Shown here: piece by piece, positions 56,191 through 64,000 of the stretch
How the letters are laid out: each line of letters opens with the position of its first letter
Position numbering within the stretch: the stretch's first letter is position 1
Source of the DNA: Candidatus Atelocyanobacterium thalassae
GTDB taxonomy: Bacteria > Cyanobacteriota > Cyanobacteriia > Cyanobacteriales > Microcystaceae
Length of the DNA stretch: 64,000 nucleotides
NCBI GenBank assembly: GCA_051971635.1
Contig: JBFPLN010000003.1
Location: 320,001 to 384,000, forward strand
Direction: 5' to 3'
The notes under the pieces: generated by a model
The model's input: the letters and a program-made list of their open reading frames with translations, nothing else
Database searches by the model: none
Told to the model about the DNA's origin: nothing
Program-made: the position numbers and the translations under genes

Positions 56191-58398
56191 TTAAAATCTT
56201 TCTCCGATTCCAAAATGGACACGCGAATCACCTTCATTATTAATTCCATAATCTACTCTAATTGGTCCAACAGGTGATTGTATTCGAAGTCCAATTCCAT
56301 ATCCATAGCCGTCACTAGGCAACCCTCTTACTACACCAGGAATTCCACGCACAGATCTTTGAGATTTTATTGTTGTACCATAATCAAAGAAAATAGAAGC
56401 CCCTACTGCAGGAATGATAGGAAGACGATATTCTGCTGTAGCTTGAAAGTAACTACGTCCATTTCCAACTTCTCCTTCAGCATAACCTCGTATTGAGTTG
56501 CTTCCACCAATAACGAAGGCTTCATAAGGAGGTAAATCTTCGAAGACTGTACCTAACTGTACGTTAAAGGCAAAAGCTTGAGGTTTAGGCTGGTTTTCTT
56601 CAATAAATCCTAAATCAATTAAATTAACTGGAATATAGTAACTATAATTTCCTCGTAAACGTGTAAAACCAATACTACCTGAACCAATGGGTAGCGTTTG
56701 TTCCAATCCTAGACGTATAACATGTCCACTGGTGGGTCTTAAAGGATTATTTCGAAAATCTTGGGCTGCAGCAAAGGTTAATGTATATAAATCATCACGA
56801 CCTGAGTCACTAAAAGAAAGAGGTTGTTCCGGATAACCATTTATAGGAGCAGAAAGAGGAGCAATATCTCCATCAGCGTTTTCTATTAATACTCGCTGAT
56901 AATTTAATCCAGCAGTTAATCTCCAATCAGGTTTACTAAAAGGATCTTCTCCTAATGGACGTGCAAAAGATACTCCTCCTCCTGTACGTATAACCCTAGG
57001 GCTATCAAAACCATTCATAGTTCTGATTGAACTATCATCTCCATCAAATACAAGAGAAATAGTACGACGACGAAATCCATTTACAGTGTAAGCTGTACGA
57101 TATGGGTCTCCTGCAATCCAAGGATCTGTAAAATTAACATCAAGAAGTAATTCTCTCTCACCAACTTGTATTTCACCACCAATAGTTTGTCCATTACCTC
57201 CTAAATTCTGTTCTTGATAACTTATTGTTCCAAATAATCCACTACTAGAGCTTATCCCAGTTCCAGCAGCTAGTGATCCAGTATTCCCTTCTACCAAATC
57301 AACATTTACAATAACTTCTCTTAGATCTTCTCCTGGACTAAAAGAAATTCTTACATCTTCAAATAAACCTAAACCAAATATACGTTGTAGATCAAACTGA
57401 GCTGTCTTTCGATTGAATACACTACCTGGTTTTAGCCGCATTTCTCGGGTAACTATAAAATCACGAGTACCACCATTTACAGGCTCATCCTCAGCATTGA
57501 AAAAACGGACCTTTATATTTTCTATGACTCCTTCAGCAATAATTAAAGTGATTATACCATCGTCGCTTACTGCAGGAGAACCTATAACTTGAGCAAGATC
57601 AAATCCTTGTTCGGCATACCATTCATTGATTTTTTTGATACCCTTTTGAAGATCTCTAAGATTAAGAGTCTTATTATATTGTTGACCAAAAATTTTCTGA
57701 ACAGTTTCAGGCAATAATGCTCTTTGATCTTCAATATCAGGAACTGTATTGACAACTACTTGTTTTAGAACTGGATTAACTTTAACAGCATAGGTGATTT
57801 GCACGCCTAAAGGAGTATCAGTAGGAGTAACTTGAACATTTGCAAAGTAACCAGTTGCATAAATAGCATTAACATCCTGTTGCAATTCAGAACGTGTAGT
57901 TGTACGCCCTGGCTTAGTTTGAAGGATATTATATATTAAGTTTTCTAATTCTTCATCTGCTCCTTTAACTATTACCTCAACTACTAAAATTCTTGGTTCT
58001 TCTTCTAATGTTTCTTGTTTTTTTATTTCACTTATTTTTGTTTCTTGTAAAGTAAAAGTGTCTGATAAGTTTATATCTTCAAATTTATTAGATGAAGATT
58101 TTTCTAATTGAGCAGTATAAAAAATTTTCTGTAATTCTGAAATCGATTTTGTAATAATTGTATTTCTTACAGCTGATACTTTGAGATAAGAGTTAGTTAA
58201 ATTCGATAAATTATCAGAATATTTTCTTTGATTTAAATGACTAAGAAGCTCTTGTTGAATTTCTTGATCATTTAAGTCTTGTGTAAATAATATATCCTGT
58301 CCTTTAACAGGTTTACTTATTGAACATACTGTTGTTGTGAGAATAACTCCTAATAATCGAGAAAAATGTAACTTTTTGATCTGGTTTACCACTTCCAC
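56191..58398 (-). CDS. bamA: Omp85/BamA outer-membrane protein (Toc75 homolog)
   Basis: Signal peptide, POTRA-like domains, NLGG, GGSNSIRGY, SPVGPIRVDYG, C-terminal FGIGERF; GTG start 58398 or 58392. Confidence 0.93.
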   Translation of the reverse strand: MEVVNQIKKLHFSRLLGVILTTTVCSISKPVKGQDILFTQDLNDQEIQQELLSHLNQRKYSDNLSNLTNSYLKVSAVRNTIITKSISELQKIFYTAQLEKSSSNKFEDINLSDTFTLQETKISEIKKQETLEEEPRILVVEVIVKGADEELENLIYNILQTKPGRTTTRSELQQDVNAIYATGYFANVQVTPTDTPLGVQITYAVKVNPVLKQVVVNTVPDIEDQRALLPETVQKIFGQQYNKTLNLRDLQKGIKKINEWYAEQGFDLAQVIGSPAVSDDGIITLIIAEGVIENIKVRFFNAEDEPVNGGTRDFIVTREMRLKPGSVFNRKTAQFDLQRIFGLGLFEDVRISFSPGEDLREVIVNVDLVEGNTGSLAAGTGISSSSGLFGTISYQEQNLGGNGQTIGGEIQVGERELLLDVNFTDPWIAGDPYRTAYTVNGFRRRTISLVFDGDDSSIRTMNGFDSPRVIRTGGGVSFARPLGEDPFSKPDWRLTAGLNYQRVLIENADGDIAPLSAPINGYPEQPLSFSDSGRDDLYTLTFAAAQDFRNNPLRPTSGHVIRLGLEQTLPIGSGSIGFTRLRGNYSYYIPVNLIDLGFIEENQPKPQAFAFNVQLGTVFEDLPPYEAFVIGGSNSIRGYAEGEVGNGRSYFQATAEYRLPIIPAVGASIFFDYGTTIKSQRSVRGIPGVVRGLPSDGYGYGIGLRIQSPVGPIRVDYGINNEGDSRVHFGIGERF

Positions 58399-58862
58399 AC
58401 ACTCAATAAAGCTATAGCGTTTTTACTGTTATCTGTTGCCTATTGTCAACCTCAGTGATAGCTAACAGCTCTAATAGCCGGGCCATACCACCTAAAGGTG
58501 TCTAAAACTCTGACTATCACAATAATAGAATGTTCCGAAAAAACAAGTTTTTTGAAAAAGAATTATTATCATATTCATATATAAAGACTTTTAGCTTAAT
58601 TATAAAATCTATTAAAAATAATTTTCTATATCAGTTCATTTCTATCTCTATATAAAATTCTTGTTTTAAGAATATAAAAAAAGTATTACATTAGTAATGT
58701 TAACTCATACAAGAAATTGTTTACTTTTTCTTAATTTAAAGTAAACAACACTCTATGGTAAAAATAAAATCCAAATTTATATAATTAATATGTACGAAAA
58801 GGATAGCCGAAATTAGTCTTTAGACAAAAAGTATGATTATTTCAAATACTTTTTCTAGGTAT

Positions 58863-59615
58863 TTATAATAACGAAGCTGAATCTCTATCTAATAACAAGA
58901 CTGCATTAGAATGTTCTCTTAAAAAGGAAGAAGGACAATGTGAAGAAATATTTTCTTGTAACATTATTTTTGTGATCTTTGCTTTATTTTTTCCAGTTGC
59001 TAGGCAAAGAATCTTGTTTACTGACAAAATCATCGGAATAGTTACAGTTAAAGCATATTTTGGAACTTCGTCAATAGATTCAAAATGATTTTGGTATACT
59101 TGAGACCAACGAGTATTTAGATCAAGTTCAGTAATTTTTACTAAGTCAAAATCATTAAAATTTTTTATTTGTGGCTCGTTAAAAGCTAAATGCCCATTAG
59201 CTCCGATTCCTAAGAAACAAATATCAACTTGTTTCCTTTTTAGTAGTTTAGAATACCGCTCACATTCTTTTAAAGGTTCTGATGAACCTCCAGATAAATA
59301 GTGGAATGATTTAGCTTTAATACGTTTTTCTACTTTTTCATAAAGATAAGTGCGAAAACTAGCAGGATGTTCCCTATCAATATCTAGATATTCATCTAGA
59401 TGAAAAAAATTAATACGTGACCAATCAATTTCTCTTGAATTTGTTAGAATTTCAAGAAACTTGATTTGAGAATCACCTGTAGCAAGTAAGATCGTAGCTT
59501 CATCTTTTTTGTGTAAAACTTCTATAAGATAATTCTGCGTAATTCTAGCTGCTTCAGCTGATACAGCATTATTATCTTTATGTATCTGAACAGTTAAATA
59601 ATTCATTGTTAACAT
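58863..59615 (-). CDS. nagB: Glucosamine-6-phosphate deaminase
   Basis: LATGDSQ, FHLDEY, LGIGANGHLAFNEP, ALTVTIP, CPSS.LREH. Confidence 0.85.
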   Translation of the reverse strand: MLTMNYLTVQIHKDNNAVSAEAARITQNYLIEVLHKKDEATILLATGDSQIKFLEILTNSREIDWSRINFFHLDEYLDIDREHPASFRTYLYEKVEKRIKAKSFHYLSGGSSEPLKECERYSKLLKRKQVDICFLGIGANGHLAFNEPQIKNFNDFDLVKITELDLNTRWSQVYQNHFESIDEVPKYALTVTIPMILSVNKILCLATGKNKAKITKIMLQENISSHCPSSFLREHSNAVLLLDRDSASLL

Positions 59616-59743
59616 TTGATGAATTTTTATATGATATTTACTGTATCTAAATAACAGATAACAGAACTTTTTCTATTTTTATCTAATTTGAATAATATTA
59701 AAAGCAAATTAGAAACATTTTCCTAGCCAAGATTATTTAAATA

Positions 59744-60997
59744 TTAATTTTTACGATAATATAAATCCTCTCTTTTTCCCATGGCAAAAGCTAAAGATGT
59801 TTTTACTGTCCGGTTAGACTGACTAATAAACAGGACAAATGCAATCAAAGCTAGATTGCTACTAAGAGTAAAAATAGTTTGATAAGTGAGTTGACTTCCT
59901 AAAATACCTATTATTGGTCCTGCAAGGGCTATTCCAAGATCATAACCGCCAAGACAAACAGAGTAGACTTGACCTCTTTCTTGAGGAGATGAACGGTCAG
60001 AAACTAAGGCAATAATCATAGGCATAAGAATTCCTGCTCCTATTCCTTCAAAAATAGCAGCCAAACATAATTGTTGATTTCCTGTTGCTTGAGTTAATAG
60101 GATCATTGAAACGAAATAGCAAAGAATACTAATTGTAATAAACAATCCACGGCCAAATCTATCAGCTACCCTACCTAAAAAAATTCTCGATAAAAAGCTT
60201 GTAATAGAAGCTAACGTATAAAATAAACCTGCATTAAAATCTAATCCTTTCTCTTCTAAAAAAAGAGGTAAAAAAGTTATTATGGTACCAAATAACAATC
60301 CAACTAATAATAAAACCAATGTTGGAATTACTAGGGAATGACTAGATAAAATTTTATAAAAGCTGTGAGACAAATTATTATTGTCAGTATCAGAAATATC
60401 ATAAGAATTAAAATTAGATTCTTTTCTCATTGCTGCTACTAAGAGTAACCCTAAAAAACCACAGCTTGCCGAAACAGTGAATAAACTAATATATCCAAAA
60501 TTCTCTTTTAACCAGTCTCCAAAGATAGGGCCAATACTCATACCAATAGGTGTTACTAAACTCATATAACCAATTATTTTCCCCCTATGTTTTACAGGAG
60601 AAAAATCTATTACTAAAGCACTGTAAGCTGTAGTAAAGGCAGAAATACTAATACCATGAATCGCACGAACAATAACTAAAGGAAAGATTGTTTGAACAAT
60701 AAGATAATTTAATGGAGATAGAGTTGCAATAATTACTCCTATGTAGAGCACTAATTTTCTACTTTTAGTATCAGCTAAGTAACCTAATAGTGTGCGAGAA
60801 AATAATGATCCTACAGCGAAACTACCCAAAATCAAACCAATTTGAGGTTTTGTACCACCAAGATATTCTATATATGTTGGTAAGGTGGGTAATAAAACTG
60901 TAATGCTAATCCAAAAAAATAAGCTTACTCCTAATAGAAGTCCTAAGTTCTGTTTTTGTCGAAAATCAAGATCAGTATAATCCATTAAGATGTCCAC
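59744..60997 (-). CDS. Major facilitator superfamily transporter
   Basis: About 12 TM; motif A variants GYLADTKSRK and GRVADRFGR. Confidence 0.9.
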   Translation of the reverse strand: MDILMDYTDLDFRQKQNLGLLLGVSLFFWISITVLLPTLPTYIEYLGGTKPQIGLILGSFAVGSLFSRTLLGYLADTKSRKLVLYIGVIIATLSPLNYLIVQTIFPLVIVRAIHGISISAFTTAYSALVIDFSPVKHRGKIIGYMSLVTPIGMSIGPIFGDWLKENFGYISLFTVSASCGFLGLLLVAAMRKESNFNSYDISDTDNNNLSHSFYKILSSHSLVIPTLVLLLVGLLFGTIITFLPLFLEEKGLDFNAGLFYTLASITSFLSRIFLGRVADRFGRGLFITISILCYFVSMILLTQATGNQQLCLAAIFEGIGAGILMPMIIALVSDRSSPQERGQVYSVCLGGYDLGIALAGPIIGILGSQLTYQTIFTLSSNLALIAFVLFISQSNRTVKTSLAFAMGKREDLYYRKN

Positions 60998-61390
60998 AGA
61001 GAATATTTAACTCATAATAATATTGTTTTTAACTAAAAAGCTATTTAGTTAAATTAAATAAAATCTGTAAACACAATGATTATAGACCGAACCTGTTAAG
61101 AATTAGTGTTAAGTTAAATATATATATGATATATAAACTTTTAATATTCAGTTGAATATTAAAAGTTTTAAAATTATTTTTTCCTACTTGATGGAATTTT
61201 TATATCTGCAATTTTTTTAAGATAACTTACAAGGAAATTGTAAACTAAAAACTCAACAGAATAAATATTGCTATTAATACTTTGGGACTTAAACAAAATT
61301 AATATATTACCTATTAAAGTATAAAAACTTAAGTTTAGAAGGCAATTTACATACATTATTTTTTATCGTAAATATTTAAATTTAGATATT

Positions 61391-62014
61391 ATGGCTAAAC
61401 TATCAACTGAATTGGAGCAACACTTTTTCCAAGAAAAATTATTAAATGATATTAAATTGATTGATATTCTAGAATTAGCTGGGAAAAGAGTTTTCGGCTT
61501 TTTATTTGTAATTTTATCTATTCCTTCTGCTCTACCAATTCCAGCACCTGGTTATTCAATTCCTTTTGGAATATTAATACTTATTTTGGCTGTTCAATTC
61601 GTTCTAGGAACTAGAATTCCTTGGTTTCCTAAAAAGCTATTAAATAGCTCAATAAAATTAGAAACTGCACAAGCCTTTATAAGGAAAAGTCAACCATGGT
61701 TAAAACGTATTGAGTTATTAGCTCGTCCTCGCATGACTTATGTTTGTACGAATACAATAACACGTATTTTTATTGGTTTAATAATTATATTAATGTCAAT
61801 TTCTATGATGATTCCTATTCCTGGGACAAACACATTACCTGCAGTAGGTATTTTCATAACAGGTTTTGGTATACAAGAAAACGATGGATTAGTTACTTTT
61901 CTTGGACTAGTAGTTTGTTCAATAGCTAGTATTTTGTCCGCATCTATTCTTATGGTTGCTATCTGGGGTGGAAGTACACTTATTGAAATATTTAAAAATT
62001 ATCTGATACTTTAA
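61391..62014 (+). CDS. exoD: ExoD-family membrane protein
   Basis: FGFL..LSIPSALPIPAPG, PWFP, RPR, IPIPGTNTLPA, ENDG. Confidence 0.85.
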   Translation: MAKLSTELEQHFFQEKLLNDIKLIDILELAGKRVFGFLFVILSIPSALPIPAPGYSIPFGILILILAVQFVLGTRIPWFPKKLLNSSIKLETAQAFIRKSQPWLKRIELLARPRMTYVCTNTITRIFIGLIIILMSISMMIPIPGTNTLPAVGIFITGFGIQENDGLVTFLGLVVCSIASILSASILMVAIWGGSTLIEIFKNYLIL

Positions 62015-62209
62015 AAATTACTTAGAACTTATCAATAAAACGCTTTAGTTCTACTAAAAAGAATATGATATTTTCTAGAGACTTACAGTAAAAATATATT
62101 TTGTTTTTGATTACAGTGATAAAGCAACTTGTTTTATTTACTTTTGAATTGAAATCGTTAATATAATAACAATAATTTATAATTATTACTAATTAAATAA
62201 TAAATAGAG

Positions 62210-63265
62210 ATGGCAAAAGTATCAATCGGTCTATTATTTGGCGGATCTTCAGAAGAACATGCGGTTTCCATTAATTCAGCTAAAGCTATCTTTCAAGCAC
62301 TACAAATAGGTGATAATTGCTTTAAGTACAAGATCATACCTGTTTATATACAGAAAAACGGTATTTGGATAGCTGGAGAAATAGCTAAACAAGTCTTAGA
62401 AACCAAAAATGCTTTGTCGACAATACCCTTACGAGAAGAGGAAAAAATTCAACTATGGCAATTTCCAATTGAAGTAAATCAAGTAGAAGTCTGGTTCCCA
62501 GTTTTACATGGACCAAATGGGGAAGACGGAACTATTCAAGGTTTGCTAAAACTAATGCAAGTTCCTTTTGTCGGAACTGGTGTCTTGGGATCGGCAATAG
62601 GAATGGATAAAATTGCAATGAAAACAATGTTTTCACAAATAGGATTGCCTCAAGTTAAATATTTAACTCTTGAATATTCTAAATTGTGTTCTAATGCTCA
62701 ATATAGTTCTCAACTATATGATGAAATTAACATCAAATTTGGATATCCATGTTTCGTTAAACCAGCAAATTTAGGCTCTTCAGTTGGAGTTTCAAAAGTT
62801 TATTCTGATAATGAGTTATGTATTGCTTTAAAAAATGCAGCTGCTTATGATAATCGAATTATTATTGAAGAAGGAATTACTGCTAGAGAATTAGAGTGTG
62901 GAGTTTTGGGAAACGATAATCCTAAAGCCTCTGTTGTAGGAGAAATCACTTTTGAAAATGATTTCTATGATTATGAGGCTAAGTATAAAGATAGTAGTTC
63001 TAAAATACATATTCCTTCTCAATTACCAAATTGCATAATAGAAAAAATTCAACAACTTGCTGTTCTGGCATTTACAGTACTCAACTGTAGAGGATTAGCT
63101 AGAGTAGATTTCTTTTATATTGAAGAAACTCAAGAAATTTTTATTAATGAAATTAACAGCTTTCCAGGTTTTACAGAGTCTAGTATGTATCCAAAATTAT
63201 GGATGAAGACAGGATTAGATTTTCATGAACTAGTAAATGAGCTAATTGAATTAGCTTTAAAATAA
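62210..63265 (+). CDS. ddl: D-alanine--D-alanine ligase
   Basis: FGGSSEEHAVS, LHGPNGEDGTIQG, MDK, KPANLGSSVG, FYDYEAKY, NEINSFPGFT..SMYP. Confidence 0.96.
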   Translation: MAKVSIGLLFGGSSEEHAVSINSAKAIFQALQIGDNCFKYKIIPVYIQKNGIWIAGEIAKQVLETKNALSTIPLREEEKIQLWQFPIEVNQVEVWFPVLHGPNGEDGTIQGLLKLMQVPFVGTGVLGSAIGMDKIAMKTMFSQIGLPQVKYLTLEYSKLCSNAQYSSQLYDEINIKFGYPCFVKPANLGSSVGVSKVYSDNELCIALKNAAAYDNRIIIEEGITARELECGVLGNDNPKASVVGEITFENDFYDYEAKYKDSSSKIHIPSQLPNCIIEKIQQLAVLAFTVLNCRGLARVDFFYIEETQEIFINEINSFPGFTESSMYPKLWMKTGLDFHELVNELIELALK

Positions 63266-63346
63266 ATTATTTAGAAAATTAATTTTAAGAAGAAGTATAA
63301 AGAACGAATACCTACAGGCAAAAGACAAATATCCAACAGCCATTTT

Positions 63347-64000
63347 TTATTTTTTGTATTCTAGTAAAGGAATACTATATGAAGTAAACTTTACTTTATT
63401 TAAGGCATTAATAATTAATTTTTCATCGTTAGGCCAATAACTTTCATCTAACCTAATTAATTTTTTATTTTTTTTATCTTGAAGAAATATGAAAATTGGT
63501 ATTTTAGTCTGATTACTTTTTCCAGCATGCCCAGATAGGATAGATTTTAGATTCTGACAAGATACTTTATTAGTTGCTTGTTCCTGATTCAAATTAATAA
63601 TGACTATTTTGATAGAATCTAAATTTTGGGCATTTTCTATAATTATTTGTACTTTATCGTCTCGGAAATCAACTTTTCCCCAAATAATTAATACAGAATC
63701 TTTTACTAAAGTATCCTTAATTTTCTTATAACTATTTGGAAAGCAAACTCCTTCAATCTGTCTTGAAACATCTTCTAAGGTAAGAAAGGACATTTGATCT
63801 CCCTTTTTAGTTGTATATTCCTTAATCTCATTGATTATAGATACAATAACAACTTGTCTTTTAGCTTTTTGGATCACTATTTCGTCGAAAGAAAGTGGAG
63901 AGAGTATTGAAACTGATTCTTTAATTATTCTTAAAGGATGTTCTGAAACATAAAATCCAAGATACTCTTTCTCAAATTTAAGTTTCTCTTGTAAAGAAAA
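63347..64000 (-). CDS. dnaE: DNA polymerase III alpha subunit, C-terminal part (partial; probably the DnaE-C half of the cyanobacterial split dnaE)
   Basis: Frame is open to the window edge: FSLQEKLKFEKEYLGFYVSEHPL...TKKGDQMSFLTLED...EGVCFP OB-fold; the intein part is outside the window. Confidence 0.88.
   Translation of the reverse strand, partial: FSLQEKLKFEKEYLGFYVSEHPLRIIKESVSILSPLSFDEIVIQKAKRQVVIVSIINEIKEYTTKKGDQMSFLTLEDVSRQIEGVCFPNSYKKIKDTLVKDSVLIIWGKVDFRDDKVQIIIENAQNLDSIKIVIINLNQEQATNKVSCQNLKSILSGHAGKSNQTKIPIFIFLQDKKNKKLIRLDESYWPNDEKLIINALNKVKFTSYSIPLLEYKK

Noticed and set aside
2171..56496. Short antisense or alternate-frame ORFs in the track (e.g. 2171-2461, 4222-4488, 5285-5632, 7517-7996, 30226-30672, 34656-34949, 56278-56496)
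   Set aside because: They overlap well-conserved genes and show no recognisable motifs; shadow ORFs
58426..58446. Degenerate heptamer run CTGTTAT-CTGTTGC-CTATTGT as an STRR-type repeat
   Set aside because: Only three imperfect units; treated as part of the bamA leader structure rather than a separate repeat
61174..61356. 60-aa intergenic ORF on the minus strand
   Set aside because: Composition simply mirrors the AT-rich spacer; no RBS or motif recognised
1..64000. CRISPR arrays, IS elements, prophage, rRNA or defence systems
   Set aside because: No repeat-spacer array, transposase, integrase, phage or rRNA-like sequence seen

Overview
AT-rich (roughly 30% GC by eye), gene-dense chromosomal window from a genome-reduced unicellular cyanobacterium. 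It keeps photosystem-I-side, chlorophyll and carotenoid genes (ycf4, ndhN, chlH, hemE, crtR), a hopanoid glycosyltransferase (hpnB), cell-envelope and division genes (murD, ddl, glmS, lpxC, bamA, plsY, minCDE), Fd-GOGAT, pgi, ppk1 and housekeeping genes. It has eroded intergenic spacers and almost no HIP1 sites. This combination best fits UCYN-A (Candidatus Atelocyanobacterium thalassa, the nitroplast); the assignment is an inference. There are about 42 intact CDS, two tRNAs (Thr-CGT, Trp-CCA) and two pseudogenes. One is a fetB/ybbM-type permease missing from the ORF track; the other is a DUF3086 gene broken by three in-frame stops. I saw no mobile element, prophage, CRISPR array or defence island, and I cannot support a wholly new multi-gene system. 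The best novel leads are non-coding: a pseudoknot-like element upstream of rnc, a structured bamA leader with alternative folds and a Yfr1-complementary site, a relic REP-like palindrome, and a probable ATT start for recR.
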